64,000 bases of DNA, from positions 5,011-69,010 of the forward strand of contig CANSFI010000003.1 in NCBI GenBank assembly GCA_947646095.1. Direction: 5' to 3'. This document shows, piece by piece, positions 48,473-60,149 of the stretch (the first letter of the stretch is position 1; each line of letters opens with the position of its first letter). The notes beneath the pieces were generated by a model that ran no database searches, was not told the origin of the DNA, and was given only the letters and a program-made list of their open reading frames with translations. The stretch is from an uncultured Mycoplasmatota bacterium. GTDB taxonomy: Bacteria; Bacillota_I; Bacilli_A; RF39; UBA660. The position numbers were made by a program, and so were the translations under genes.

Positions 48473-49594
48473 TTATTTTATTGTTAAAATTCCAACATCT
48501 TGATCAATAGTATTCATGTTATATAAAATTAAAGCATCTTTGATATTTTTATTATTTTTAATATACTCGCTAATTTTTTCTTGGTAAAATCTAGGATCTA
48601 TAATATGGACCTTTTTAAAATGATTTACTAAAAATGGTATAAAACTATTAGCATAACTATCTTTGATAACAATTATTTCACTATTAGTTTTAATATCTTT
48701 GTTAGTAGTTATAATTAAGGGATGATTATTATCTAAAAATAAAGAATATTTATCTTTTTTATCTAAATATGAAAGTTCATATAAAGTATCTGTTTTTCTT
48801 TTAGAGTATACATATTCTACCTCATAATTATGTTCTTTTGGTATAAATAAGTGAATAGAATCTGGTTTCTTACTATAATCATTACTTTTAGAATATAATG
48901 TACCATTAAATTCTTTTGTTACTTCTTCTATTTTAAAATCGTTGATAGATAAATAATTAATATTATTTGCTTTAGAATATTCTAAATAAGCATAATAAGC
49001 GCCATAACTAGTCCAATGATGATCTAATCTATAATACATTTGATAATATTGATTTTGTTCTTTTAAGATATCATAAACATTTATTGTATTAAAACTAATA
49101 TTATCATAAATATAATTTAATTGTTTCATTTGATTTTTATAATCAACATTTTTAGGAAGGTTGTTATTATTGATACTAATACTAGTTGGTACTAACATTA
49201 AGTTTAAATTAACATAATTAATTTCTTTATAAAAGTTATTTAAAGTTTCAATAATTCTACTACTATTAATAGGATTGTTATATTTTTCAATTAAGTAATC
49301 ATTTTTACCAAAATAGACATTATTAATATCTTTCTTACCTAATAATTTATCAAATTTTGTTTTAATATTCATAAATTTATCTCTAAAAGGAAACTGATCA
49401 GCTAAAAACTCATCTATTTGTTCTATATATGTACCTTTTATTAAAGAATTTATTTTAAACTTAGGTAATAATTGTAAATATCTATTTTCATTTTCAGAAA
49501 AAGTTTGTTTATTCTTAAATATAAAAAGAACTGTTAAAAAGACAATTATTATACTTAAAATTAGAGCTAATATTTTGTTATAAAAATTTTTCAT
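48473..49594 (-). CDS. DHHW-motif protein (AlgX/AlgJ-like acyl-transfer partner of MBOAT)
   Basis: N-terminal TM; YYRLDHHWTSYGAYYAY. Confidence 0.75.
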   Translation of the reverse strand: MKNFYNKILALILSIIIVFLTVLFIFKNKQTFSENENRYLQLLPKFKINSLIKGTYIEQIDEFLADQFPFRDKFMNIKTKFDKLLGKKDINNVYFGKNDYLIEKYNNPINSSRIIETLNNFYKEINYVNLNLMLVPTSISINNNNLPKNVDYKNQMKQLNYIYDNISFNTINVYDILKEQNQYYQMYYRLDHHWTSYGAYYAYLEYSKANNINYLSINDFKIEEVTKEFNGTLYSKSNDYSKKPDSIHLFIPKEHNYEVEYVYSKRKTDTLYELSYLDKKDKYSLFLDNNHPLIITTNKDIKTNSEIIVIKDSYANSFIPFLVNHFKKVHIIDPRFYQEKISEYIKNNKNIKDALILYNMNTIDQDVGILTIK

Positions 49595-49642
49595 AGTTCA
49601 CCTTCTTTTAAAAGAAAAAAGCTTAATAAATTAAGCAATTTC

Positions 49643-50098
49643 TTATTTACATGTAGCGCCCATACTTTCGTATAGAGATTTAATACCATTTTTAAGCAAT
49701 TTATTATTTTTAACATATGTTTTTAAAGCTGGTTGATCTTTAACAAATTTTTCAATATCCATTTTAGAATAATCAATCTTAACTTTAGAAGTTACTTTAT
49801 CTGATTCTTTAGTTACTTTATAAGTGTATCCACCATAAGTTTCATTTGTTTTACTATAAGTATCATTTAAAGATGTTTCAAATGAATCTAATAATTCTTT
49901 AGAATCTGTAGTAACTGTTTCAACAGTTTCTACATTTTCAACAGTATCTCCTTTATAATTAATTTTATATTCAGATTCAAGCTTATAACCATTAACAACA
50001 TCATTTTGAGATAAAGTACATGTGATTGTTCCAGTTTTAGCTCCACAACCTGTTAAACATAACAAAAATGCTGGTATTAAAAAAACAAACTTTTTCAT
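49643..50098 (-). CDS. lipoprotein
   Basis: Lipobox LCLTGC at the end of the signal peptide. Confidence 0.6.
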   Translation of the reverse strand: MKKFVFLIPAFLLCLTGCGAKTGTITCTLSQNDVVNGYKLESEYKINYKGDTVENVETVETVTTDSKELLDSFETSLNDTYSKTNETYGGYTYKVTKESDKVTSKVKIDYSKMDIEKFVKDQPALKTYVKNNKLLKNGIKSLYESMGATCK

Positions 50099-50139
50099 AA
50101 AAATCCTCCTCTATATAATTATAACATAAAATTTAAAAT

Positions 50140-51534
50140 TTAAAACCTAAAATATAAAAAAGGATTATAATTATCGCTAACTAAATAAGAAATCGTAATA
50201 ATAATAAAGGAAATATATACAATTAATTCAATTAAAAATTTTATAAATTTATTTTTATTTAATTTTTTTTCTAAAATTGGATAAATTGGTGTAGAAAATA
50301 TTGAAGCAATTAACAAAATTACAAAATAATTATTTAAATAATAAATAAATTCAGAATTAATGATTTTTCCATTTAAACCAAACATTGCTTTAATATATTC
50401 ACCTAATGTATTAATATCAGGTATAGCAAATATTAGCCAACCAATAATTATTAATATTAAAGTATATATATGTTTTAATATATTAGGCAATTTATTTAAC
50501 AATTTTTTTAAAACAAATTTTTCTAATACTAATAATATACCATAGTAGATTCCCCATAATACAAAATTCCAACTAGAACCATGCCATAAACCAGTAAGCA
50601 TCCAAACTATCATTATATTACGAATATTGACGCTTTTTTTAACACGACTACCACCTAAAGGTATATAAACATAATCTCTAAACCAACTTGATAAAGAGAT
50701 ATGCCATCTACGCCAAAATTCTGTAATAGACTTTGATATATAAGGATAATTAAAGTTTTCTAAATAATTAAATCCTAACATTTTTCCCATTCCTATAGCC
50801 ATATCACTATAACCGGAAAAATCAAAGTAAATTTGCAATGTAAAAGCAACTATACCTAGCCATGATCCTAATACTGATATATTATTAGATGCACTCATAA
50901 TAGTCCATAAATAACCTACATTATTAGCGATTATTACTTTTTTAAACAAACCTCTCATAAATCTAAGAAGTCCGTTAGAAAAATTAGTAAAATTTATTTT
51001 TCTTGTCTTTAATTCTTCACTTACTGTTTCATATCTAACAATAGGTCCAGCAATTAATTGAGGAAACATAGAAACATAAGTCATGAATGTTAAAAAATTA
51101 TGTTCAGCTTTTACTTCACCCCTATATACATCAATACTATAGCTCATAGTTTGGAAAGTGAAAAAACTAATACCAATAGGAAGACCTAGTTTTAATAATG
51201 GTATTGATATATTAAAAATACTATTAATGCTTTGAATTAAAAAATCGGCATATTTAAAAAAGCTAAGTAAAATTAAATTAATAATAATTGAACTGATTAA
51301 AAAAATTTTTTTTCGTACTTTGTTATTATTATATTTTTCGATCATTCGTCCATTTATGTAATCAACTATTGATGAAAAAATCATAAGTAATATATATATA
51401 GGTTCCCCCCAGGCGTAAAAAATCAAACTAAATATTAATAATATTAAATTTTTATATTTAAATGGAACTAAATAATAAAGGAATAAAAAGATTGGAAAAA
51501 AGAAAAAAAGGAATGGAATGCTACTAAATATCAT
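50140..51534 (-). CDS. MBOAT-family membrane O-acyltransferase (AlgI/DltB-like)
   Basis: Polytopic; FWRRWHISLSSWFRDYVYIPLGG with the conserved His. Confidence 0.85.
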   Translation of the reverse strand: MIFSSIPFLFFFFPIFLFLYYLVPFKYKNLILLIFSLIFYAWGEPIYILLMIFSSIVDYINGRMIEKYNNNKVRKKIFLISSIIINLILLSFFKYADFLIQSINSIFNISIPLLKLGLPIGISFFTFQTMSYSIDVYRGEVKAEHNFLTFMTYVSMFPQLIAGPIVRYETVSEELKTRKINFTNFSNGLLRFMRGLFKKVIIANNVGYLWTIMSASNNISVLGSWLGIVAFTLQIYFDFSGYSDMAIGMGKMLGFNYLENFNYPYISKSITEFWRRWHISLSSWFRDYVYIPLGGSRVKKSVNIRNIMIVWMLTGLWHGSSWNFVLWGIYYGILLVLEKFVLKKLLNKLPNILKHIYTLILIIIGWLIFAIPDINTLGEYIKAMFGLNGKIINSEFIYYLNNYFVILLIASIFSTPIYPILEKKLNKNKFIKFLIELIVYISFIIITISYLVSDNYNPFLYFRF

Positions 51535-51543
51535 ATTACCTTC

Positions 51544-52020
51544 CTATTTTATATTTTTAATTTTTTCAATTACTTTATCATTATCTTTAGAAATAATATA
51601 AATATAATATTTACCATATTTTTCTTCAGTACGATTTTTAACTAAAACTTCTTCATCTGGAAAATAACCCATCATCCAAGCTTGATCATACTTTTCAAAA
51701 AAATCTTTTATTTCTTTTTCACAATCACTTTCTTTACCCTTCTTTGGTAAAAATATAGCATACATGCTAGAACTACTTAAATTATCTGAAGTTTCTACTA
51801 AAATTTCTTCAAATATATCTGTATTCATACCATATTTATCTTGTAATTTTTCATTATCCATTTTTTTATTATCATCAAATAATTTTATGTTTTGCCCATT
51901 TTCAGTTATTTCTAAATTATTTAGTTCTACTTCAATTTTTTCTAAATCTAAATTAATATCTTTATTACTACAGCCAGTAATAAAGATTATTGTGATTATT
52001 CCAATTAGTATTTTTCTCAT
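51544..52020 (-). CDS. lipoprotein (DUF4358-like)
   Basis: Lipobox FITGCS; its position upstream of the MBOAT gene is typical of DUF4358. Confidence 0.5.
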   Translation of the reverse strand: MRKILIGIITIIFITGCSNKDINLDLEKIEVELNNLEITENGQNIKLFDDNKKMDNEKLQDKYGMNTDIFEEILVETSDNLSSSSMYAIFLPKKGKESDCEKEIKDFFEKYDQAWMMGYFPDEEVLVKNRTEEKYGKYYIYIISKDNDKVIEKIKNIK

Positions 52021-52133
52021 AGGTTTCTCCTTTATTTTTTATATGAATTTTATATTATCTATGTATTAATAATATCAAAATTGTCGTATAATGTCAACGA
52101 AATCAAAAGAAATAAACTAATTGTTTGTCACTT

Positions 52134-52763
52134 TTAAATTAATTCATCTCGTTTAATTATATAAGTTTTATTCTTACTATGAAAAGCATAATAAACTTCG
52201 TTTAAAGTTAATTTTTTGTTTTCTAAAATATTTAAAACCCATTTGATATCTTTACCTAGTTCTTTCAATACTTCAAAATCTATTTTTCCATCTACTATTA
52301 TTGGCATAGGATAATCACTAGTTTTTCTAAAAACAGATAATTTGCCATTATTTTCTAAAATGGCATAATCTACTTCTTCAATACTTTTAATTCCTTGTTC
52401 ACGTAGTTGAGTAATTAAGTCATCTAATCCATATCTAAGTTTAGCCATTTCATTAAATTTAATTTTTCCAGCTTTAATAATAGTAGTTGGATTTCCATCA
52501 ATAAGTTTACGTATTTTATCACTTTTTAAAGATACATAACTTAACACTATTTGTATTATAACTAAAACTAATATTGGAATAATCGAAACAAAAATAGATC
52601 TTTCAGTACTTTCTATTGACATAGCTGCAAGCTCTGCAATTAAAATGGATACAATTAAATCAATTATACTAAGTTTACCTACTTCTTTTTTACCCATTAA
52701 TCGATATACTAAAACAATATAAAAATATAATACAAATGTTTTAAAAATTATTGAAATATACAT
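52134..52763 (-). CDS. DUF421 (YetF-like) membrane protein
   Basis: YRLMGKKEVGKLSIIDLIVSILIAELAA and a C-terminal soluble domain. Confidence 0.7.
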   Translation of the reverse strand: MYISIIFKTFVLYFYIVLVYRLMGKKEVGKLSIIDLIVSILIAELAAMSIESTERSIFVSIIPILVLVIIQIVLSYVSLKSDKIRKLIDGNPTTIIKAGKIKFNEMAKLRYGLDDLITQLREQGIKSIEEVDYAILENNGKLSVFRKTSDYPMPIIVDGKIDFEVLKELGKDIKWVLNILENKKLTLNEVYYAFHSKNKTYIIKRDELI

Positions 52764-52836
52764 ATAATCACCATTTTTATTATGTTCATAAGTATAATAT
52801 TTTATTCAAATTCATATAGTTTATTAGGGTGATATT

Positions 52837-53211
52837 GTGAATTATTTAAAAGTATTAGGGAAAAGTTTCATATATATACTAAGTATTTTATTTATTTCAA
52901 CTATTATAATTACTTTACTAAATTATATTAATTTTTTTGGTAATAAATTGGTTACATTATCTAAGATTATTGTCCCAATTGTCTCTATATTTGTTGGTGG
53001 TTTTATAATAGGGAAAAATTCTAAACAAAAAGGTTGGCTAGAAGGGTTAAAATTAGGCATGATTATTATATTAATATTGCTTATATTAAATTATATTATT
53101 TTAAAACAAAAGTGGGAACTGAGAAATTTAGTGTATTATTTAATACTTTTATCATCTAGTATTTTTGGAAGTATGGTAGGAATAAATAAAAAAATCGAAG
53201 AAAAAAAATAA
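52837..53211 (+). CDS. small membrane protein (4 TM)
   Basis: Hydrophobicity pattern only. Confidence 0.4.
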   Translation: MNYLKVLGKSFIYILSILFISTIIITLLNYINFFGNKLVTLSKIIVPIVSIFVGGFIIGKNSKQKGWLEGLKLGMIIILILLILNYIILKQKWELRNLVYYLILLSSSIFGSMVGINKKIEEKK

Positions 53212-53221
53212 AAAAACTTTA

Positions 53222-54385
<1,164 letters not shown>

Positions 54386-54431
54386 TTAAATATAAATTTT
54401 TTTCAATTGAAAAAGACCATATGGTCCTATA

Positions 54432-54971
54432 CTAACTAAGTTGTTTTGTTAAATTGTTTTCTTTTTTTTCTTTAGGTATTATTTCTTCAATTAATCCACC
54501 ACATACCTTATTATTAGGTATAGGAAAACAAATTACATCGTTTTCTTTACTATTGTAAACAGCTTTACCAAATGGTGATTCTATTGAAACATATTCAAAT
54601 TCATCATTACCTTGTATACGTATTCCTTCTATTAAAACAAATACACCTGTTTCAACATCTCCATCACCATAATCTAATGTTGCTCTAAATTTAGTACCAA
54701 TGTCTATTTTACTAGAATTATATTCATCTACAATAATACAATTTTGTAAAATATCTTTCAATTTTGACAATTCTTTTCTAACATCAGATAAATCATATAA
54801 TGTTGAAAAATCAGGGACTGATTCTAATTCTTGTCTATTTGGATAAATACCACGTTTTTCTTCATTATGAATTTTTTTGTTTAGAGATACTTTCTTATTT
54901 TCTAATTCATTTAATTTTTTCTCAGCATACTTTATTTGTGCTGGTATTAGTCTTACTTTTTCCATAAACAC
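54432..54971 (-). CDS. GreA/GreB-family transcript-cleavage-factor-like protein
   Basis: N-terminal coiled coil; C-terminal ..VSIESPFGKAVYNSKENDVICF.. resembles the Gre C-terminal domain. Confidence 0.55.
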   Translation of the reverse strand: MFMEKVRLIPAQIKYAEKKLNELENKKVSLNKKIHNEEKRGIYPNRQELESVPDFSTLYDLSDVRKELSKLKDILQNCIIVDEYNSSKIDIGTKFRATLDYGDGDVETGVFVLIEGIRIQGNDEFEYVSIESPFGKAVYNSKENDVICFPIPNNKVCGGLIEEIIPKEKKENNLTKQLS

Positions 54972-55004
54972 ACCTCATTCATGAGATTATTATAACATTA
55001 ATTT

Positions 55005-56327
55005 TTAATTTTTCAAATATGTTACTATTTTTTCTAAGTGCATCATTCTAGATCCTTTTACTAATATTGTTTTATTATCTATATTTATTGTAGATAAGTA
55101 ATTAATTAATTCTTCATTATTATTAAAATATTTATATTTTTTATTTTTGATATTTTTTACTTCATTACCAACTAATAATATATTGGTGTTTTTTAGTTTT
55201 TTTAGCTTTTTACCTATTTTTTTATGAATTTTACTACTATGATTACCTAGTTCTAAAATATCACCTAAAACTAATATTTTTTCACCTTTTTCTTTTTTTA
55301 AAACATCTATTGAGGCTATTACAGATTCATAACTAGCATTATAACAATCATCAATTATTTTAGTAGTATTTTTTAAATGGATATTCATTCTTTCTTTAGG
55401 CATTTCATAATTTTTGATGATTTCCTTGATATCTTCAATATCTATTTTGAATAATAATCCAATTTGAATAGCTATAATAAAATTCATAATTAGGTTTTTG
55501 TTACAACTATTATATTCAAATTTATGAACTTCATTATTTATTACTAATTTAAAATATGTTTTATCTGAAACTATTATTTTATAAGGTTTTAACTTTTTTC
55601 CTACCTTTATAATATTAGAATATTTGCATTTTTTTAATAGTTTATCCATACCATTAACAATAAGTAATCCATCATCCATACCATCTATTATTTCCATTTT
55701 AGCCTTTAAAATATTTTTTCTAGATCCTAAGTTTCCAATATGAGCTGTACCAATATTAGTTATTACAGCAATATTAGGTTTACTCATTTTAGAAAGTTTA
55801 GAAATTTCGTTCATATGGTTCATTCCCATTTCTAATACACATACATCATAAGTATTATCTAAATTAAATAAAGTTAATGGTAATCCAATATGATTATTAT
55901 AATTCTTTTCACTTTTTAAAACTTTATATTTTTTACTTAATACACTGCTGATTATTTCTTTCGTTGTTGTTTTTCCTACACTTCCTGTGATTGCAATCAC
56001 AGGAATATCATATTTATTTCTAAAAAAAGAGCCAAGTTTCATTAAAGAATCATAAGTATCTTTAACTAAAATTATTGGTATATTGGTTTTTATAGCTATT
56101 TTTTTGCACACTATTATACAGCTTGGTTTTTTATTTAAAACATTTTTTATATAATTATGACTATCATAGTTTTTACCTATTAAAGCAATAAATAGATCAT
56201 CTTTTTTTACACTGCGACTATCTATTTTAATTTCTTTTATTTTTCTTTTAAAACCACTATTTAAAAGTTTACCACCTACTATTTCTAAAAGAACATCAAT
56301 ACTCATATTACCTCCTACAACATTCAA
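55005..56327 (-). CDS. murF: UDP-N-acetylmuramoyl-tripeptide--D-alanyl-D-alanine ligase
   Basis: AITGSVGKTTTKE, Mur ligase middle and C-terminal domains. Confidence 0.85.
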   Translation of the reverse strand: MNVVGGNMSIDVLLEIVGGKLLNSGFKRKIKEIKIDSRSVKKDDLFIALIGKNYDSHNYIKNVLNKKPSCIIVCKKIAIKTNIPIILVKDTYDSLMKLGSFFRNKYDIPVIAITGSVGKTTTKEIISSVLSKKYKVLKSEKNYNNHIGLPLTLFNLDNTYDVCVLEMGMNHMNEISKLSKMSKPNIAVITNIGTAHIGNLGSRKNILKAKMEIIDGMDDGLLIVNGMDKLLKKCKYSNIIKVGKKLKPYKIIVSDKTYFKLVINNEVHKFEYNSCNKNLIMNFIIAIQIGLLFKIDIEDIKEIIKNYEMPKERMNIHLKNTTKIIDDCYNASYESVIASIDVLKKEKGEKILVLGDILELGNHSSKIHKKIGKKLKKLKNTNILLVGNEVKNIKNKKYKYFNNNEELINYLSTINIDNKTILVKGSRMMHLEKIVTYLKN

Positions 56328-56958
56328 TAAAATATGAAAATAGTTTATTTTCTAATATATCATATTCAATCATTGATTCTGGGTGCCACTCTACACCTAT
56401 GAAAAATTTTTTATTTTTATCTTCTATTGCTTCAATAATATTATCATCACTATAAGCTACTACATCTAAATTAGTATTTGTTACATAGTATTTATGCCTA
56501 CTATTAACATTAATTATTTGCTTATTTATAATTTCATATAACTTAGAATTTTTTTTAATATTTACTTTATGAACATATTTATCTAAAGTGTAATGACTTA
56601 AATTATTTAATTTTTTTATATTTCCTCCAAATAAGTATGAAATTGTCTGCATTCCTTGACATATTCCAAGTAATGGTTTATTTGTTTTGTAACAATAATC
56701 AATTATTTCTAAATCATAATCTAAAATCTCATCTCCACCTTGTGATATAATTCCATCACATAAATTTATTATTTTTTTTATTTCTTCAAATTGTTCTATG
56801 TTTAATCTTTGATACTTTTGTAATATATTAGGATTTATAGTTATAGTAATTCCACCATTTTTTACAACGGCATCATTTATCTCTTGATTAATATAATATA
56901 TTTTATTACCAGAATTTAATACTTCTGGTCTTGATACTACACCTATTATTGGTAACAA
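56308..56958 (-). CDS. class I glutamine amidotransferase / peptidase C26 (gamma-glutamyl hydrolase-like)
   Basis: LLGICQGMQ nucleophile elbow and VEWHPE. Confidence 0.8.
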   Translation of the reverse strand: MLPIIGVVSRPEVLNSGNKIYYINQEINDAVVKNGGITITINPNILQKYQRLNIEQFEEIKKIINLCDGIISQGGDEILDYDLEIIDYCYKTNKPLLGICQGMQTISYLFGGNIKKLNNLSHYTLDKYVHKVNIKKNSKLYEIINKQIINVNSRHKYYVTNTNLDVVAYSDDNIIEAIEDKNKKFFIGVEWHPESMIEYDILENKLFSYFIECCRR

Positions 56959-56987
56959 TTATTTTCCCCCTAACAAAAAAACAATGG

Positions 56988-57206
56988 TTAGTCCATATAT
57001 TTAGCCATTGTTTTCATCATTTGATTTACTTGTTTTTGACTAGGTGTTCTTCCCATTCCTGTCATCATTGCTTTTATCATTTGTTCATTAATTGGTGGGT
57101 TTTTCTTCATATATTTCTTCATATAAGTACGCGCTAAGAAAAATCCTGCAATTGCTCCTACAATAAATCCACCAAGTATTTGTAATAAATCTATCAAGAA
57201 TGCCAT
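56988..57206 (-). CDS. yneF: UPF0154 (YneF-like) small membrane protein
   Basis: TM followed by ..[29 protein letters not shown].. Confidence 0.75.
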   Translation of the reverse strand: MAFLIDLLQILGGFIVGAIAGFFLARTYMKKYMKKNPPINEQMIKAMMTGMGRTPSQKQVNQMMKTMAKYMD

Positions 57207-57275
57207 ATTATCAATTCCCTTCTTTTAATATTTTACTAAAAATGGCTAGATAATTCAAGACTTATTTAATTATAT

Positions 57276-57680
57276 TCAATGAATATTTAAATCATACTGA
57301 TTTTCTAACCAAAAATAATCTTTATTATCAAAATCACAAACAAATAGATAACGATTATAGTAAAGCAAATATCGCATTATTTTAGGAATATTATATTTAG
57401 TTAAAACAATTATACATGATCTATGAATTTCAATTATTGTTTTTTCACTTCTTATATAATGTTTATTATGTATATAGTTATTAAATTTACGATAAAAATA
57501 ATTATTTAATATTTCTGGATTAAAAGTTAAACATAATTGATTATAAATAGAGAGTCCATAACCAAAATTTTTTAAATTTAATTTATATAAATTTTCTAAT
57601 GTTTTATATAAAACTAATGGATTATTTTTATATATTTTATAAAATTCTGTTCTAATTATAAAAATATAATACTTACGCAT
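57276..57680 (-). CDS. SirA/YneE-like protein (sporulation inhibitor of replication family)
   Basis: Start MRKYYIFIIRTEF at 57680 with ggtgat RBS; N-terminus and ..LFVCDFDNKDYFWL.. parallel B. subtilis SirA (MERHYYTYLIKEEF.. / FLAMDFNSKRYGWL); lies between tkt and yneF as in Bacillus. Confidence 0.55.
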   Translation of the reverse strand: MRKYYIFIIRTEFYKIYKNNPLVLYKTLENLYKLNLKNFGYGLSIYNQLCLTFNPEILNNYFYRKFNNYIHNKHYIRSEKTIIEIHRSCIIVLTKYNIPKIMRYLLYYNRYLFVCDFDNKDYFWLENQYDLNIH

Positions 57681-57822
57681 ACTATCACCATTAATAGTAT
57701 AAGGTATTATAAAGAAAATAAATGTCAAAAAAAGATGATTTTTAACATTAATCACCTCTTATTGCTTTTTAAAAATATTTTTTTCTATGGTATTTAATAA
57801 AAGAAATATTGTCAATTATATT

Positions 57823-59811
57823 TTACTTTAATAATTTCTTAATCCTATCTCTGATTTGATTATAACTAAAATTACAATATTCTAAAACTTCATCTTTAGT
57901 TCCACTTGTTCCAAATTTATCAATAGTAATTAAATAATTTTCATTATATACATATTTATACCAGCATGATGATGAACCTGCTTCTATTACAAAAGTCTTA
58001 TAACCTATTGGTATTAATGAATTTTTATATTCTTCGCCTTGTTTTTCAAATACTTCCATAGATGGCATACTTATAACCCTTAAATCGATTCCATTATGCT
58101 CATATAATTCATAAGCTATATGATAGGCTATATGGACCTCACTTCCTGTAGCAATTATAATTCCATGCAGATTACTTACTTCTTTTCTTACAATATATGC
58201 ACCTTTTAAAGTTTCTTCCATATTAGTAGTTTCTAACATTGTAACTTCATTTCTAGATAAAACTAAAGCTGATGGTCTGTTATTATTTAAGATAGATTGA
58301 TAACATCCTATTATTTCTTTTTTATCAGCTGGTCTATATACATCAAAATTAGGTATAGAACGTAACGAAGATAAATGCTCAATAGGTTGGTGAGTTGGAC
58401 CATCCTGACCTATATTAACAGAATCATGAGTAAATATATATGTTACTGGCAAATTCATTAACGCTGATAATCTAATAGCAGGTTTTAAATAATCTGAAAA
58501 TACTAGAAAAGTTGAACCAAATACCCTAAATGAAGATAAAGCTAGACCATTTAAAATAGATCCCATAGCATGTTCTCTAACACCAAACCAAATATTTTTT
58601 CCTTCATAATGACCATCTTTTATGTCACCACAATCTTTTAAATAGGTATTAGTAGAACTAGAAAGATCTGCTGAACCTCCAACTAAATTAGGTATGAATT
58701 TAGTTAATTCATTTAAAATATATCCATTACTAACTCTTGTAGCTTCTTTTTCTTCGTAATCTAAATTCCAATCATGATTAAATAAGTCTACTTTGATTTC
58801 ATCATTAAATAAATACTTTAAACTACTGTTGTCACCATTTAAATATGTATTAACATATTCATTATAATTACGACTAAAAATTTCATATTTTATACTACTA
58901 CGTTTAGAAATTTTAGCTCTAAATTGACTGACTAGAGAATCATCTACATAAAAAGGTTCATTAGGTAATAATAACTTCCCTTTGATATTATCGATATCTT
59001 CTTTATCCAAACATTTGCCATGAACTTTATTAGTCCCTTCCAATACAGAACCTTTTCCAATAACCGTTTTCACTTGAATTAAAGAAGGTTTGTTAGATCT
59101 TTTAGCTTTATCAATAGCTCTATCAATATCCTTGACACTATTTCCGTTTTTAACTAAATCAGTATGCCATCCCATTGACTTAAAACGTTCTAAAACATTT
59201 TCTGTAAAAGTATTAGAAGTATCCCCATCTAGACTAATATTATTTGAATCATATAAAACAATCAAATTATCTAGATTTAAATTTCCTGCTAAAGAAGCTG
59301 CCTCATAACTTACACCTTCCATTAAATCACCATCGCCACATAAAACATAAACTCTATAATCAATTAAACTGCGGCTACTTTCAAATGAATTGTTCTTTTT
59401 AAATTTATATTTGTTATTTAAAAGTTTACTAGCAAGAGCCATTCCAACTGCACTTGCTATTCCCTGACCCAAAGGACCTGTTGACATATCAACTCCAGGT
59501 GTCACTCCATATTCAGGATGTCCTGGTGTTTTAGATCCTATTTTACGAAATTTTTTTAAATCATCTAAACTTATATTATAACCAGCCATATATAAAGTGG
59601 CATAAAGTAATGCTGATCCATGCCCAGCTGACATTATAAAACGATCTCTATTAATCCATTTTGGATCATTAACATTAACATTTATATGATTGGCATATAT
59701 ACTATAAATAATAGGTGCTGCTCCAAGAACAATTCCAGGATGTCCACTACCAGCATTATTTATCATATCAATACCTAATGTTTTAATATTGCTAATGATT
59801 TTATTTTCCAT
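57823..59811 (-). CDS. tkt: transketolase
   Basis: GSGHPG, GDGDLMEG, THDSVNIGQDGPTHQPIEHL. Confidence 0.95.
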   Translation of the reverse strand: MENKIISNIKTLGIDMINNAGSGHPGIVLGAAPIIYSIYANHINVNVNDPKWINRDRFIMSAGHGSALLYATLYMAGYNISLDDLKKFRKIGSKTPGHPEYGVTPGVDMSTGPLGQGIASAVGMALASKLLNNKYKFKKNNSFESSRSLIDYRVYVLCGDGDLMEGVSYEAASLAGNLNLDNLIVLYDSNNISLDGDTSNTFTENVLERFKSMGWHTDLVKNGNSVKDIDRAIDKAKRSNKPSLIQVKTVIGKGSVLEGTNKVHGKCLDKEDIDNIKGKLLLPNEPFYVDDSLVSQFRAKISKRSSIKYEIFSRNYNEYVNTYLNGDNSSLKYLFNDEIKVDLFNHDWNLDYEEKEATRVSNGYILNELTKFIPNLVGGSADLSSSTNTYLKDCGDIKDGHYEGKNIWFGVREHAMGSILNGLALSSFRVFGSTFLVFSDYLKPAIRLSALMNLPVTYIFTHDSVNIGQDGPTHQPIEHLSSLRSIPNFDVYRPADKKEIIGCYQSILNNNRPSALVLSRNEVTMLETTNMEETLKGAYIVRKEVSNLHGIIIATGSEVHIAYHIAYELYEHNGIDLRVISMPSMEVFEKQGEEYKNSLIPIGYKTFVIEAGSSSCWYKYVYNENYLITIDKFGTSGTKDEVLEYCNFSYNQIRDRIKKLLK

Positions 59812-59873
59812 TTTTCATTCTCCCTCTTTATTATATATAAATTATATCAAATAATTCATATATAATAAAGACT

Positions 59874-60020
59874 TTATTTGATATTCATAGCAATTACTTT
59901 TTCTTTTGTTTCGCTATTTTTTTCTTCTAACTTATTAGAAATTCCAGCATTAATAAATATGGTTCCTAATAATAATACTGCTACTCCCATCATCATTTTA
60001 CTTTTTACTATCTCTAACAT
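59874..60020 (-). CDS. 48-aa single-TM peptide under a LexA-box promoter (candidate SOS effector)
   Basis: MLEIVKSKMMMGVAVLLLGTIFINAGISNKLEEKNSETKEKVIAMNIK; RBS AGGAGA 7 nt upstream; promoter TTGACA(60071-60066)-N17-TAATAT(60048-60043) whose spacer holds CGAACATCTGTTTG. Confidence 0.55.
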   Translation of the reverse strand: MLEIVKSKMMMGVAVLLLGTIFINAGISNKLEEKNSETKEKVIAMNIK

Positions 60021-60051
60021 ACTATCATCTCCTTGTGATTATATATTATCA

Positions 60052-60065
60052 CAAACAGATGTTCG
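60052..60065. promoter_or_regulatory. LexA (Cheo) box 1
   Basis: CAAACAGATGTTCG has one mismatch to CGAAC-N4-GTTCG; it sits in the spacer of the minus-strand promoter. Confidence 0.65.
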
Positions 60066-60080
60066 TGTCAATATAAATCA

Positions 60081-60094
60081 CAAACAAACGTTTG
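60081..60094. promoter_or_regulatory. LexA (Cheo) box 2, overlapping the lexA -35
   Basis: CAAACAAACGTTTG has two mismatches to the consensus; overlaps TTGACT (60092-60097)-N17-TATATT (60115-60120). Confidence 0.5.
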
Positions 60095-60149
60095 ACTTTT
60101 TTAATATAATATGATATATTGTACATGTAATGTAAAAGGAGGTTCAAAT

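Noticed and set aside
56308-56327. The murF / peptidase-C26 overlap, read as a MurT/GatD-like lipid II amidation pair.
   Set aside because: GatD is a CobQ-type amidotransferase partnered with MurT, not MurF. The motifs here (GICQGMQ, EWHPE) are of the PuuD/C26 type, so the analogy is not supported.
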